From NCBI GenBank assembly GCA_964434775.1, contig CAYSWH010000003.1, forward strand, positions 1,877 to 65,876: a DNA stretch of 64,000 bases, given 5' to 3'. Under the pieces are notes generated by a model. That model worked only from the letters and a program-made list of their open reading frames with translations, had not been told where the DNA came from and searched no databases. This document shows, in pieces, positions 55,953 to 64,000 of the stretch (position 1 is the first letter of the stretch; the number at the start of each line of letters is the position of its first letter). Source of the stretch: an uncultured Candidatus Saccharibacteria bacterium (GTDB taxonomy: Bacteria; Patescibacteriota; JACMRA01). The position numbers and the translations under genes are program-made.

Positions 55953-56858
55953 ATGAGTAAAAATTATCCGGGAATAGAAATTTTGAACGTAAAAATAAAT
56001 CAAATTAGTAAGTCGGAAGTTTTAGAGGAAATTAAGTCTCTAATTCAATTGAATAAAAGCCGGGAAACTAACAAAAAAACCGAATATATCGTAACTCCTT
56101 ATTCGGAATACTTTATTGCTTCTCAAGATGACGAATATTTCCGTAAAGTCTTAAATAATTCTTTTTTAAGCCTGGCTGATGGGATTTTTCCGGTTTGGGC
56201 GGCATATTTTCAAAACAAATGCAGGGAAATCAAGAGTTTTAGGAAGCTCAAAATATTGTGGACTTATATCTATTCCGGTGCTTTTATTGTTTTTAGACCG
56301 GGCGAGTTAAACTCAGTTATAGAGGAGAGAATTCCGGGTTCGGCATTAATTTATGATTTGAGTAAAATGGCTGCGGAAAACGGATATAAAGTGGCTATTT
56401 TGGGAGGTTATGACTTTGGCGGGGGTAATACCGGGGTTTTAGCTGCAAAAAAATTGCAAGAATTATACCCTCGCTTGGAAATTGTAGAAATCTATCCGGG
56501 AGAACGTGAGCAAGAAAAAGAGGGTAGGGAAGTAGTGGAAATCTTCAAAAAATCCAAAGCAAATATTCTATTTTGCTGTTATGGAGCAGGGAAAGAAGAA
56601 AAGTGGTTGTATGAAAATTTAGCTGAAACCCGAATTGATGTTGGAATAGGTTTGGGTGGTAGTTTGGATTACGTTTCCGGAGTAAAGAAGCTGCCGCCTA
56701 TGTTTATTAGAAAAATAGGGCTGGAGTGGTTTTTTAGACCTTTTTTTGCTGACGGCTTTTCACTTAAAACTTTTAAAGCACGTCTGTTTAGGGCTTGGCC
56801 TGCCATGATCAAGTCTTCCTGGTTGATGCTCAAACAAGAGCTTACAAGAAAGGTTTAG
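55953..56858 (+). CDS. WecB/TagA/CpsF-family (GT26) glycosyltransferase
   Basis: LSLADGIFPVWAA, VAILGGYDFGG, ILFCCYGAGKEEKWL, GIGLGGSLDYVSG...LEWFFR. Confidence 0.78.
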   Translation: MSKNYPGIEILNVKINQISKSEVLEEIKSLIQLNKSRETNKKTEYIVTPYSEYFIASQDDEYFRKVLNNSFLSLADGIFPVWAAYFQNKCREIKSFRKLKILWTYIYSGAFIVFRPGELNSVIEERIPGSALIYDLSKMAAENGYKVAILGGYDFGGGNTGVLAAKKLQELYPRLEIVEIYPGEREQEKEGREVVEIFKKSKANILFCCYGAGKEEKWLYENLAETRIDVGIGLGGSLDYVSGVKKLPPMFIRKIGLEWFFRPFFADGFSLKTFKARLFRAWPAMIKSSWLMLKQELTRKV

Positions 56859-58393
56859 TGAATAGTACACTTACTTTCAGGATATTTATTAATTTTTTCC
56901 AAAGCTTTCCTAGCCTGGATCCAATCGTTTCTTTTCTCAATGCTGAGGGTTTTCTCAACCATTTCTGAACCAACCCATTTAGCTTCGGCATTTTCCCAGT
57001 TGGGTTTTGGTTTTTTATCTCCCGTATATTTTAATAATACCGGATGATGTTGACTGCAATTATAGTTGCAACCGTGTAAGATAAACCTTTTAAAAGAAAA
57101 ACTGTGAGGTTCCGAAACTCCCGGAATTTTGACTGAATTTTTATGAAGCGGTTTGAACAATTCAGCCTCTAAATCAACCTCTTCTTCTGCTTCCCTAATT
57201 GCTGTTTCCTCGATGCTTTCCGTGCCTTCAATCTTTCCTTGCACAAAAGTCCAACCGATATCTCCGGCCAGCCAATTACGTCTCCTGACAAGCAAAAACT
57301 CATCTTTCTCGTTTTGAATAATACTAATTACAGTCTCTCTGGGTCTTTTCTCCAAGCCAAGCATAAACTCTTGCAAGGTAGTCCACCAAATCAAGCCCCA
57401 GGAAGCGTCGATTTTTCTGATTTGATTGTAAGTAAAACTGATTGCCTCCCTAATTTTTTCTCTAAAAGAAACTCTCCAAAAAGAATACCTCGGATCAGGT
57501 TCGATTTTGGACTGGATAAGGCCAGATAAATCGTCAAAACTGACTGCTAAGGTGAAATTTAGCTCTTTATCAAGGCTCAGGTTGTCTACAAAGAAATCTT
57601 CTTTGCCGCTACTGCCGGGAAAATCCACCAGGATCAAATCAGGCTGTTTTGCTTTGATGTACTCTTTAGCTTCGATTAAATCAGGATAAACTTCATAAAG
57701 ATTCTCTCTAGTGAGCCAGGTGTGAGAGTCGGGATAATGCTTTCCAAAAACTTCTGGATGTCTGCTTGGTTCGTCTTCCAAAAAACAAACCGCTCCTCGA
57801 GGACTCCAGGTATCAACTATGAGTTCGGGGTAGTTTTGACGAATATTTTCCCTTACTTCAGTTTTTTTGAGTCTATTAGCCAGGATTAGCACTTTCCAAT
57901 CGTGCTTTTGAGATTCTTGTAAGAGAAACTGGAGCAGGTCTTCTTCGGAGACATAAAAATATTGATGCTTGTCTTCAATTGGCTTGGGGTTCAATTTTGA
58001 GATCAAAAATAGAATTATATTTCTGATGAACGAGAAAAAAAATAAGATCAGAAAAATAGGGACTCTCAGTAAAAAAGTTAAATTCACCAGTCTATTACTA
58101 TACAATTCAGCCAAAAAACCGGGATTTATCTTCCGATCCACCGACCACAAAACCTTTTCGTCAGTAACAACCTTTAACCGGCTTTGATTAAGCAGAAACT
58201 TGTAAGCCGGATTTCGATTTGCCCGAAGAAGAGATTCAGACTCAAGTAAGAACAATGTCTCCTTTGCACCTTTGCTCAGATTCTCAAACTTACCTCTCAA
58301 AGAAGGAATACAATCATTTGCTATCTCCACCCCCAAAAAAGAATTGCGATAATCCATTAAACCAAGCAACCCCCAAGCAGGGAGTTTTGTCAA
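56855..58393 (-). CDS. Fusion protein: GT26(TagA)-like region, TM segment and C-terminal NUDIX hydrolase domain
   Basis: The Nudix box is GKIEGTESIEETAIREAEEEVDL. The upstream part has the GT26-like pattern WKVLILANRL...PDLILVDFPGSSGKEDFF and a TM (VPIFLILFFFSFIRNIILFLI). Confidence 0.65.
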   Translation of the reverse strand: MTKLPAWGLLGLMDYRNSFLGVEIANDCIPSLRGKFENLSKGAKETLFLLESESLLRANRNPAYKFLLNQSRLKVVTDEKVLWSVDRKINPGFLAELYSNRLVNLTFLLRVPIFLILFFFSFIRNIILFLISKLNPKPIEDKHQYFYVSEEDLLQFLLQESQKHDWKVLILANRLKKTEVRENIRQNYPELIVDTWSPRGAVCFLEDEPSRHPEVFGKHYPDSHTWLTRENLYEVYPDLIEAKEYIKAKQPDLILVDFPGSSGKEDFFVDNLSLDKELNFTLAVSFDDLSGLIQSKIEPDPRYSFWRVSFREKIREAISFTYNQIRKIDASWGLIWWTTLQEFMLGLEKRPRETVISIIQNEKDEFLLVRRRNWLAGDIGWTFVQGKIEGTESIEETAIREAEEEVDLEAELFKPLHKNSVKIPGVSEPHSFSFKRFILHGCNYNCSQHHPVLLKYTGDKKPKPNWENAEAKWVGSEMVEKTLSIEKRNDWIQARKALEKINKYPESKCTIH

Positions 58394-58425
58394 TTGGGCG
58401 GGAAATAATTATCTCTTTTTTCTTT

Positions 58426-58942
58426 TTATCGAAGCTGAAGGTAAGGAATTACTTGGATATCCTGCAGGAGATCCGGGAACTCTAGTTTCTTTACCTTCGC
58501 ACAAATCAATGAAATGTCTACAATCATCACAACTTGCCTTGAGAGAATAGTTTGTCGTATTTGAGTTAATTCTGTTTGTAAAATTGGAACAAGGTGTCGG
58601 TATTCTTCTCTTTCCAAAGGTTCATGGTGCCTCTCTCGTATTTTGCCGGCCTCTCTTCCGTGCATAAAATTCGAAACTCTTAATAACGGCAGTAGCAACC
58701 TCTTCAGCTAAAAAGTTAATTAAATTTTGATTTTGTGTTTGATTGAATTTGTAGTTATTTTTTATTCTGTTAAGAAAATTTCCAAGTTGTCTTTCTATGA
58801 ATTCTGCTGTAAGGTAATTCAACCTCATTCGTTTAGCAGTGTTGTTTAGCTCCGAGACAAAACCATCCACCTCATTATCTATAGATTCTATAGTAAGGGG
58901 AACTTTTTCATGTGTTGAGTATGCGAAGTATTCCTGAGTCAT
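58426..58942 (-). CDS. Hypothetical protein, apparently two overlapping frames of one gene
   Basis: 58622..58942 (106 aa) and 58426..58698 (90 aa) overlap in different frames. Both have protein-like composition. No motif recognised. Confidence 0.4.
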
Positions 58943-59046
58943 ATCTCCAAATAATATCTCAAAGGGAATTTTTTATCAAGGAGATAATTTTTGGAAAATT
59001 GCAAAAAAGCGAAAAATGGGGTAGGATTAGATTAAGTGTTTTGTTT

Positions 59047-60054
59047 ATGACAATTGAAGGAGTGGTAGGAAATCTTGTTAAAGATCCAGTTGGTTATTTT
59101 ACAGAAACTAGGTATAGATCACCTGAAGAAAGAAGACAGTTTTATGCTAGGGTTGGGGAACATGAAAAACGATTCTTTGAGGGTTTATGTGGGACACATC
59201 CTTCTTCTGTTAACAATAAACAATGGGAGTTTGTAAAAAGAATGATGAAGCGAGACATGGAGATGACCGTCAATAGAGAGAGCGGATTTGATGGTATTGC
59301 CTATAGAAATAATTACTTTCGTAATTTAGCCGACTTTAGTCCAAGAGAAATATCTTATTTAAAGCATAACTTTGTTAACGGAGAATTACATGGTGGTTAT
59401 CAAGAATTAGAACCTCGAATAGCAATTAAGCTTATGCTGATGGCTGACAAGCTTTTGCGAGAATTACGCGATCAAGAAATAAGTAGAATTGATATGAATA
59501 GAGTGATAGGTTTACTTGTGTCAGAAGTTCTTAGTCATTCCTCTGCTAGGTTAAATAACAATTTTGTAAGAATTTTCGATAAAGATCAGACAATAAAAAT
59601 GCTTGTGGAAAATCTTCAGAGTGTCGGAATAGATCCAAGGTATTTTGATATTAAGAAAATGAAGTTATATCAGAGAGATGAGCTAAATAGAATTTGGCAG
59701 AGAGATTATGGTCACCTAAACATTACTTCTGATGGAGGTCAAGACTCCTATTCGATAGGTTTTGGCGGAAATATGCATGACAACATTAGAAATGATTTTT
59801 CAGAAGAAGAGAGAACTGCTTTAAATTCTCTCTATATTCAATTAATTGCACTACCAAACGAAAAAATTTCGTCATTAGGTCATCAGTATTTTATTGACCA
59901 AATCCAAGATCCGGTTTTGATAATAAAAATCGCCGTTCTTGCAAAGAAAATGGAAAAGTCTGATCCAAATTTAACCTTAACTGAAAGATGGAAAGAAGCA
60001 ATAAGAATTGTTTCTGCATCTACCCCTCCAAGGCCTGCTCGAGGTCCTCAATAA
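59047..60054 (+). CDS. Hypothetical soluble protein (~335 aa from the ATG at 59047)
   Basis: Long ORF. The track start at 58912 would overlap the divergent gene, so the internal ATG is preferred. The 3' end overlaps the convergent metY-like gene by 35 nt. Confidence 0.5.
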   Translation: MTIEGVVGNLVKDPVGYFTETRYRSPEERRQFYARVGEHEKRFFEGLCGTHPSSVNNKQWEFVKRMMKRDMEMTVNRESGFDGIAYRNNYFRNLADFSPREISYLKHNFVNGELHGGYQELEPRIAIKLMLMADKLLRELRDQEISRIDMNRVIGLLVSEVLSHSSARLNNNFVRIFDKDQTIKMLVENLQSVGIDPRYFDIKKMKLYQRDELNRIWQRDYGHLNITSDGGQDSYSIGFGGNMHDNIRNDFSEEERTALNSLYIQLIALPNEKISSLGHQYFIDQIQDPVLIIKIAVLAKKMEKSDPNLTLTERWKEAIRIVSASTPPRPARGPQ

Positions 60055-61231
60055 GATCGGTCGGGTCTTCCAGACCTACGGAAAGTCTGACTAATTCAGA
60101 AGATATGCCGGATTGTTGTCTTTTTTCTTCACCTAGTTGCTGATGAGAAGTTGAAGCCGGATGCCCGACGATGGTTTTGGTGTCTCCCAAGTTGCCTACC
60201 AAGGAAATCAGCTTGACTTTGTCTATTAAATTCTTTCCTCTTTCATAACTATCAACTTCAAAAGAGAGGAGTCCCGCGCCGGCTTTCTGCTGTTTTTTGG
60301 CTAGTTCGTAATCGGGGTTAGATTTAAGAAAAGGGTAGTTAACTTTTTTCACTCTAGGGTGGGATTCCAAGTATTCAGCGATGACTAAAGCGTTTTGACT
60401 ATGTCTTTCCATTCTAATCTCCAAAGTTTCCAGACCTTTGAGGAAGAGCCAAGAGTTAAACGGAGAAATGGAAGCTCCGGTGTTGCGATGTTCGATGGTC
60501 CTGGTCTTATCTATAAAATCCTTTTTTCCGCAGATAACGCCACCCATAGCCCTGCCTTGACCGTCTATATATTTGGTAGCCGAATGAATTATAATATCAA
60601 TTCCATAGTTTGACGGATTCTGTAGAGCCGGTGTAGCGATGGTGTTGTCTACTATTGAAGTCGCATGGTTTTCTTTGGCAATTTCTGCTATTTTTTGGAT
60701 ATCAATTACCGTTAGAGTAGGATTAGTAGGTGTTTCAAAGAATACTATCTTGGGTTTGTGTACTTCCACAGCTTTTTGCCAATCTTCCAAATTACTTCCA
60801 TCTACCCAGATAGTTTTTATTCCAAATTTTTCAAATGTAACCGAAAGAAGCTGTTCCGTACCTCCATAAACTTGTTTAGCACAGACTACCTTGTCACCTG
60901 ATTCCAATAAAGACAAAAAAGTTAAATTTATAGCCGCCATTCCTGTAGCAGTAGCTAAAGCTGCTTCTGTGTTTTCCAAAGCCGCCATTCTTTCTTCAAA
61001 AATTGCCGTAGTGGGATTATGAAGTCTGGTGTAAATATAACCTTCTTCTTGGAGGGTGTATAAATTTGCAGCGTGCTGCGAAGACTCATAGTGATAAGCT
61101 GAAGTAAGATGAAGAGGCTCTCCGTGTGATAATTCCGAAGTCGGAACGTACCCTGAGCGGATACTTTTGGTGGCAAATTTAAGATTCTTTTGTAGATTAA
61201 GCTGAGTGTATTTTTTTTGAACCGGTGACAT
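60020..61231 (-). CDS. Cys/Met-metabolism PLP enzyme, O-acetyl/O-succinyl-homoserine sulfhydrylase-like
   Basis: GYIYTRLHNPTTAIFEERMAALE, HSATKYIDGQG (PLP lysine), LGDTKTIVGHPASTSH. Confidence 0.78.
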   Translation of the reverse strand: MSPVQKKYTQLNLQKNLKFATKSIRSGYVPTSELSHGEPLHLTSAYHYESSQHAANLYTLQEEGYIYTRLHNPTTAIFEERMAALENTEAALATATGMAAINLTFLSLLESGDKVVCAKQVYGGTEQLLSVTFEKFGIKTIWVDGSNLEDWQKAVEVHKPKIVFFETPTNPTLTVIDIQKIAEIAKENHATSIVDNTIATPALQNPSNYGIDIIIHSATKYIDGQGRAMGGVICGKKDFIDKTRTIEHRNTGASISPFNSWLFLKGLETLEIRMERHSQNALVIAEYLESHPRVKKVNYPFLKSNPDYELAKKQQKAGAGLLSFEVDSYERGKNLIDKVKLISLVGNLGDTKTIVGHPASTSHQQLGEEKRQQSGISSELVRLSVGLEDPTDLIEDLEQALEG

Positions 61232-61402
61232 AAGAGAGTTGCTTAAGGCAAATAAAGTGTTTTAAAAAATAAAAAAGCTCCCTAATTTGGGAGAAGTATG
61301 GTTAATACGAAAAAAGAAATACTACTCCCGAGATGACAAGGAAAGCATCATTGACATCATAGAGTAAGGGAAGTGTTTCTCTGTCTTCATAAAAAACTTA
61401 AT

Positions 61403-61477
61403 TGGTGGGTAATGAGAGATTCGAACTCCCGACCTTCTCGGTGTAAACGAGCTGCGCTACCACTGCGCCAATTACCC
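61403..61477 (-). tRNA. tRNA-Val (anticodon TAC), CCA encoded
   Basis: Reverse complement gggtaattggcgcagtggtagcgcagctcgttTACaccgagaaggtcgggagttcgaatctctcattacccacca. Confidence 0.88.
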
Positions 61478-61654
61478 GTAAGCTCTAATTATTAGCCTAA
61501 TCGAAGCAAGCATTTATAATTGTTGGAGAATTGTCAAATATTGGGCTAACTGTGTAAGTCAAGTAGAGAACGGAGTTATTTCCCTTGCAATTGCAATTAA
61601 GTGGTTTGACAGACACGGATTATTTAGCAATAATAACCGGAAATTCTGATTGCT

Positions 61655-63748
61655 ATGAAGCTTAATAAAGCCTTCAAATTTAAAAAAATAAATTACTTCA
61701 AAGGGAGTCATTTGATTCAAAGAATAAAAACTGTCCTACCGTCTATTCTCAGTATATTTTTAGCTGGGTTCACCACCTTTTTTATAATTCTCTACTTATC
61801 TTTAACTCCTATAAAAGAGGAGAATCCAAACTATGTTTATAATCAATTTTACGGCTTCATATTAGCTTCGATACTTACTTCTTTGGCAATTATATTTAAG
61901 GTGAGGATACAAAACCTGAAGTACACTTTATCAACTTTGTCGTTGATATTAATTTTTAATTTTTTGACTCAAGTTTACTCCGTTGATAGTGTTTTAAGCC
62001 GAACCACAATCTATTACTTTTTGCAGTTTTCAGTGGATCTTTACACTTTCACCAAGCCTTTTTTAGAGATATTATTAATCATAATTTTTGCGTTTGAGCT
62101 ATCCAAATACGGACTTCTTCTGTTTGAAAAGCTGAGACCGGTTTTTGCCAAGTTAAGTTTCAAAACAGCTTTGGCTATCAACCTTGTTTTTTCAGTCGGC
62201 TTATCTCTATACTACGGACTATTAATGCATCTTCACCATTGGTCATTCCAATCATCCAGTATTGATTATTCAATATTTGATCAGGTTTTATTTTACCTTT
62301 CTCGCTTTAATATACCTTATTCTACAATACGCGGTTTTGAAAATATTTTTTTTGATCATCAACACTTTTCAATTCTTCTAATCTCACCAATATATTGGCT
62401 TGATAGAGGAATGAACGGAACTTTATTGATTTGGCTAACTCCCTTTTTGTTGATAACTATACCTTCTGTTCTTTCATATTTCCTTCTACGATTGTTCGCC
62501 AAGAAAATCGAGAATATTAAGCCTTTTGCCAGTCCTTGGTTTATAGCATTTTCATCTTTTTTACTCTGGATTCATCCGTATACAATAAGTGCAGTTAGTT
62601 ATTACTTCCATGAGATATATTTAGTTGGGATGTTCATGTTAGCCCATTTAATCATTTCATTGTACTATTTTATTTTTAAAAGGAGCTATGTACTATCCGG
62701 TGTCAGTTTCTTTTCTCTACTCTGGCTTATGACGAAGGAAGATCAAATCGGTTTTTTTGTTGTATATCTGCTTCAAATATTAATTTGGATGTCGATTTTA
62801 AAAATCGGTGACAAGAGAACCTATAAATTATATTTCTCGGTTAATGGAATCATTGCCTTTCTTTATGGTTTGTTTTTATTTTGGTTTAGCCAAGGAACCA
62901 GTCCGCAGTATCGCATAATGTATATTGGCAGCAGAAACTATATTGAACACTTTTTCTTGAATCATCAGAATCCATTCCAACTCATCAGAAATTTAAGATT
63001 ATTTGATATGTACAGCGATTTTATGTATCAGATATCAATAGGTTTTGATATTTGGAGCTTCTTGGTTTTCCCGGGTAGTATTTTGTTAAATTTTACTAAA
63101 AGAGTACTCACCCTTAGTCCTACATATAAAAATGTGGATTTTCAGTATGGAGCTGATCTACCTGTAATTACACTAGTCGGTTTAATAGTTTTATCGGTCT
63201 TTCTTCACCGCTGGGGAAGAGGTATCCTGGTTAAAAAAATTTTTATCTTTAATATTATTTTAGTACTTCTTGGTTACGCTGCCTTGATGGGTCGGTTGAG
63301 CTATAATTTTTACCGTCCCTTCCAAATAAATAATTATTACTCTCAATTTAAAGAGACTTCCATGGAAAGAGAAAATTTTCTTGAGATTACTAATGACTTG
63401 CCCGTTGATTCCAGTGTAGTGGTTGCAGAAAGGTATGCGACTAAATTGTCAGCAAGGGAAAAAATATTAGTTTGGCCCAGGTCTATTCCGGGGTCGATGC
63501 ATGATGAAATTCTTAATGACTACCACAGTTACGATTATTGGTTGCTACCAAAGGCAAGCTACTCTGTATATCTGATTACTTATTCCAAAAATTCCAAAAA
63601 AATTGATGTAAGTTACCGGGAACAGGCAGAGAGACTGAAAGAAATAAATTTTGAAGTTGCTGGTGAAAATGATGATTTTATCCTTCTAAAAGTTTCTGAC
63701 AAGACAGATAGAAGCAAAATCCGTGAAGTCTCAAAATTCCCTTTTTAA
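61655..63748 (+). CDS. Large polytopic membrane protein (DUF2079/GT-C-like candidate)
   Basis: 697 aa, about 14 TM helices followed by a ~150-aa soluble C-terminal domain. Same overall architecture as 19538..21493. Confidence 0.45.
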   Translation: MKLNKAFKFKKINYFKGSHLIQRIKTVLPSILSIFLAGFTTFFIILYLSLTPIKEENPNYVYNQFYGFILASILTSLAIIFKVRIQNLKYTLSTLSLILIFNFLTQVYSVDSVLSRTTIYYFLQFSVDLYTFTKPFLEILLIIIFAFELSKYGLLLFEKLRPVFAKLSFKTALAINLVFSVGLSLYYGLLMHLHHWSFQSSSIDYSIFDQVLFYLSRFNIPYSTIRGFENIFFDHQHFSILLISPIYWLDRGMNGTLLIWLTPFLLITIPSVLSYFLLRLFAKKIENIKPFASPWFIAFSSFLLWIHPYTISAVSYYFHEIYLVGMFMLAHLIISLYYFIFKRSYVLSGVSFFSLLWLMTKEDQIGFFVVYLLQILIWMSILKIGDKRTYKLYFSVNGIIAFLYGLFLFWFSQGTSPQYRIMYIGSRNYIEHFFLNHQNPFQLIRNLRLFDMYSDFMYQISIGFDIWSFLVFPGSILLNFTKRVLTLSPTYKNVDFQYGADLPVITLVGLIVLSVFLHRWGRGILVKKIFIFNIILVLLGYAALMGRLSYNFYRPFQINNYYSQFKETSMERENFLEITNDLPVDSSVVVAERYATKLSAREKILVWPRSIPGSMHDEILNDYHSYDYWLLPKASYSVYLITYSKNSKKIDVSYREQAERLKEINFEVAGENDDFILLKVSDKTDRSKIREVSKFPF

Positions 63749-63806
63749 TACCAAAATTATTACTATTATTCTTTATCTTTTAGGTCAAATGACAGATATA
63801 TGAGGT

Positions 63807-64000
63807 TTAGTTATTCCTTCCCTCGTCCAAAAACAATCTCTTCTCTTTAATCCAGATAATAAGATTGGGGGCTAAGAGAAAAAGAGCATAAATCAGGAAA
63901 GCGTACCCGCCGATTAAACTGTAAAGAGTGCCGGCCATGACAGGGGTTACCCCGTTTCCAAATGATAAGAGTGATTCATCGACACCTGTGATGGTTCCTT
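63807..64000 (-). CDS. C-terminal fragment of a membrane protein (gene runs off the right edge)
   Basis: The reverse frame is open from the edge: ...ITGVDESLLSFGNGVTPVMAGTLYSLIGGYAFLIYALFLLAPNLIIWIKEKRLFLDEGRNN, then TAA at 63809..63807. Confidence 0.5.
   Translation of the reverse strand, partial: GTITGVDESLLSFGNGVTPVMAGTLYSLIGGYAFLIYALFLLAPNLIIWIKEKRLFLDEGRNN

Noticed and set aside
1-64000. An alternative genetic code with TGA as sense (code 4 or 25), as in some candidate phyla
   Set aside because: Long conserved genes (der, PBP1A, proA, galE) read through without internal TGA. TGA ends vapC, the 671-aa ORF and the radical-SAM-like gene at sensible positions.

Overview
Low-GC (high-30s % by eye), gene-dense bacterial chromosome segment read with the standard genetic code: TAA, TAG and TGA all end conserved genes at the expected length. 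The content is a small housekeeping set (smpB fragment, proBA, der, rpsG, trpF, PBP1A, a uvrC-like gene, a MetY-like enzyme, 6 tRNAs with encoded CCA). Around it sit many nucleotide-sugar, glycosyltransferase and envelope genes, ABC transporters, an ECF sigma/anti-sigma pair, a VapBC-like pair, a LexA-like repressor and many orphan proteins. This fits a reduced Patescibacteria/CPR-like genome, but that is inference only. No CRISPR array, rRNA, transposase, integrase or phage structural gene was seen. The main result is a six-copy family of 160-230 bp, TA-flanked elements with terminal inverted repeats and internal hairpins (MITE-like). Two pairs of these copies sit in inverted orientation around cargo. 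One pair brackets a ~1.15 kb island of roughly 55-65% GC that encodes a secreted protein. The other pair (196 bp, one mismatch) brackets a 4.2 kb five-gene envelope/EVE/GNAT cassette. Other notable points are a Der GTPase with a HAD-like domain inserted between its two G domains, a GC-rich noncoding block with mutually exclusive GC hairpins next to the LexA-like/VapBC module, and a GT2 / CX8CX2C radical-SAM-like / HAD / EamA / methyltransferase cluster. There is also a GT26-NUDIX fusion, a uvrC lacking the GIY-YIG half, and two gmd paralogues, one with the catalytic Glu replaced by Gln. Caveat: at least nine genes are frame-broken as assembled, most at short homopolymer runs, plus one in-frame TAG. 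Uncorrected indel errors are as likely as real pseudogenes. All coordinates and motif calls were made by hand, without database searches.
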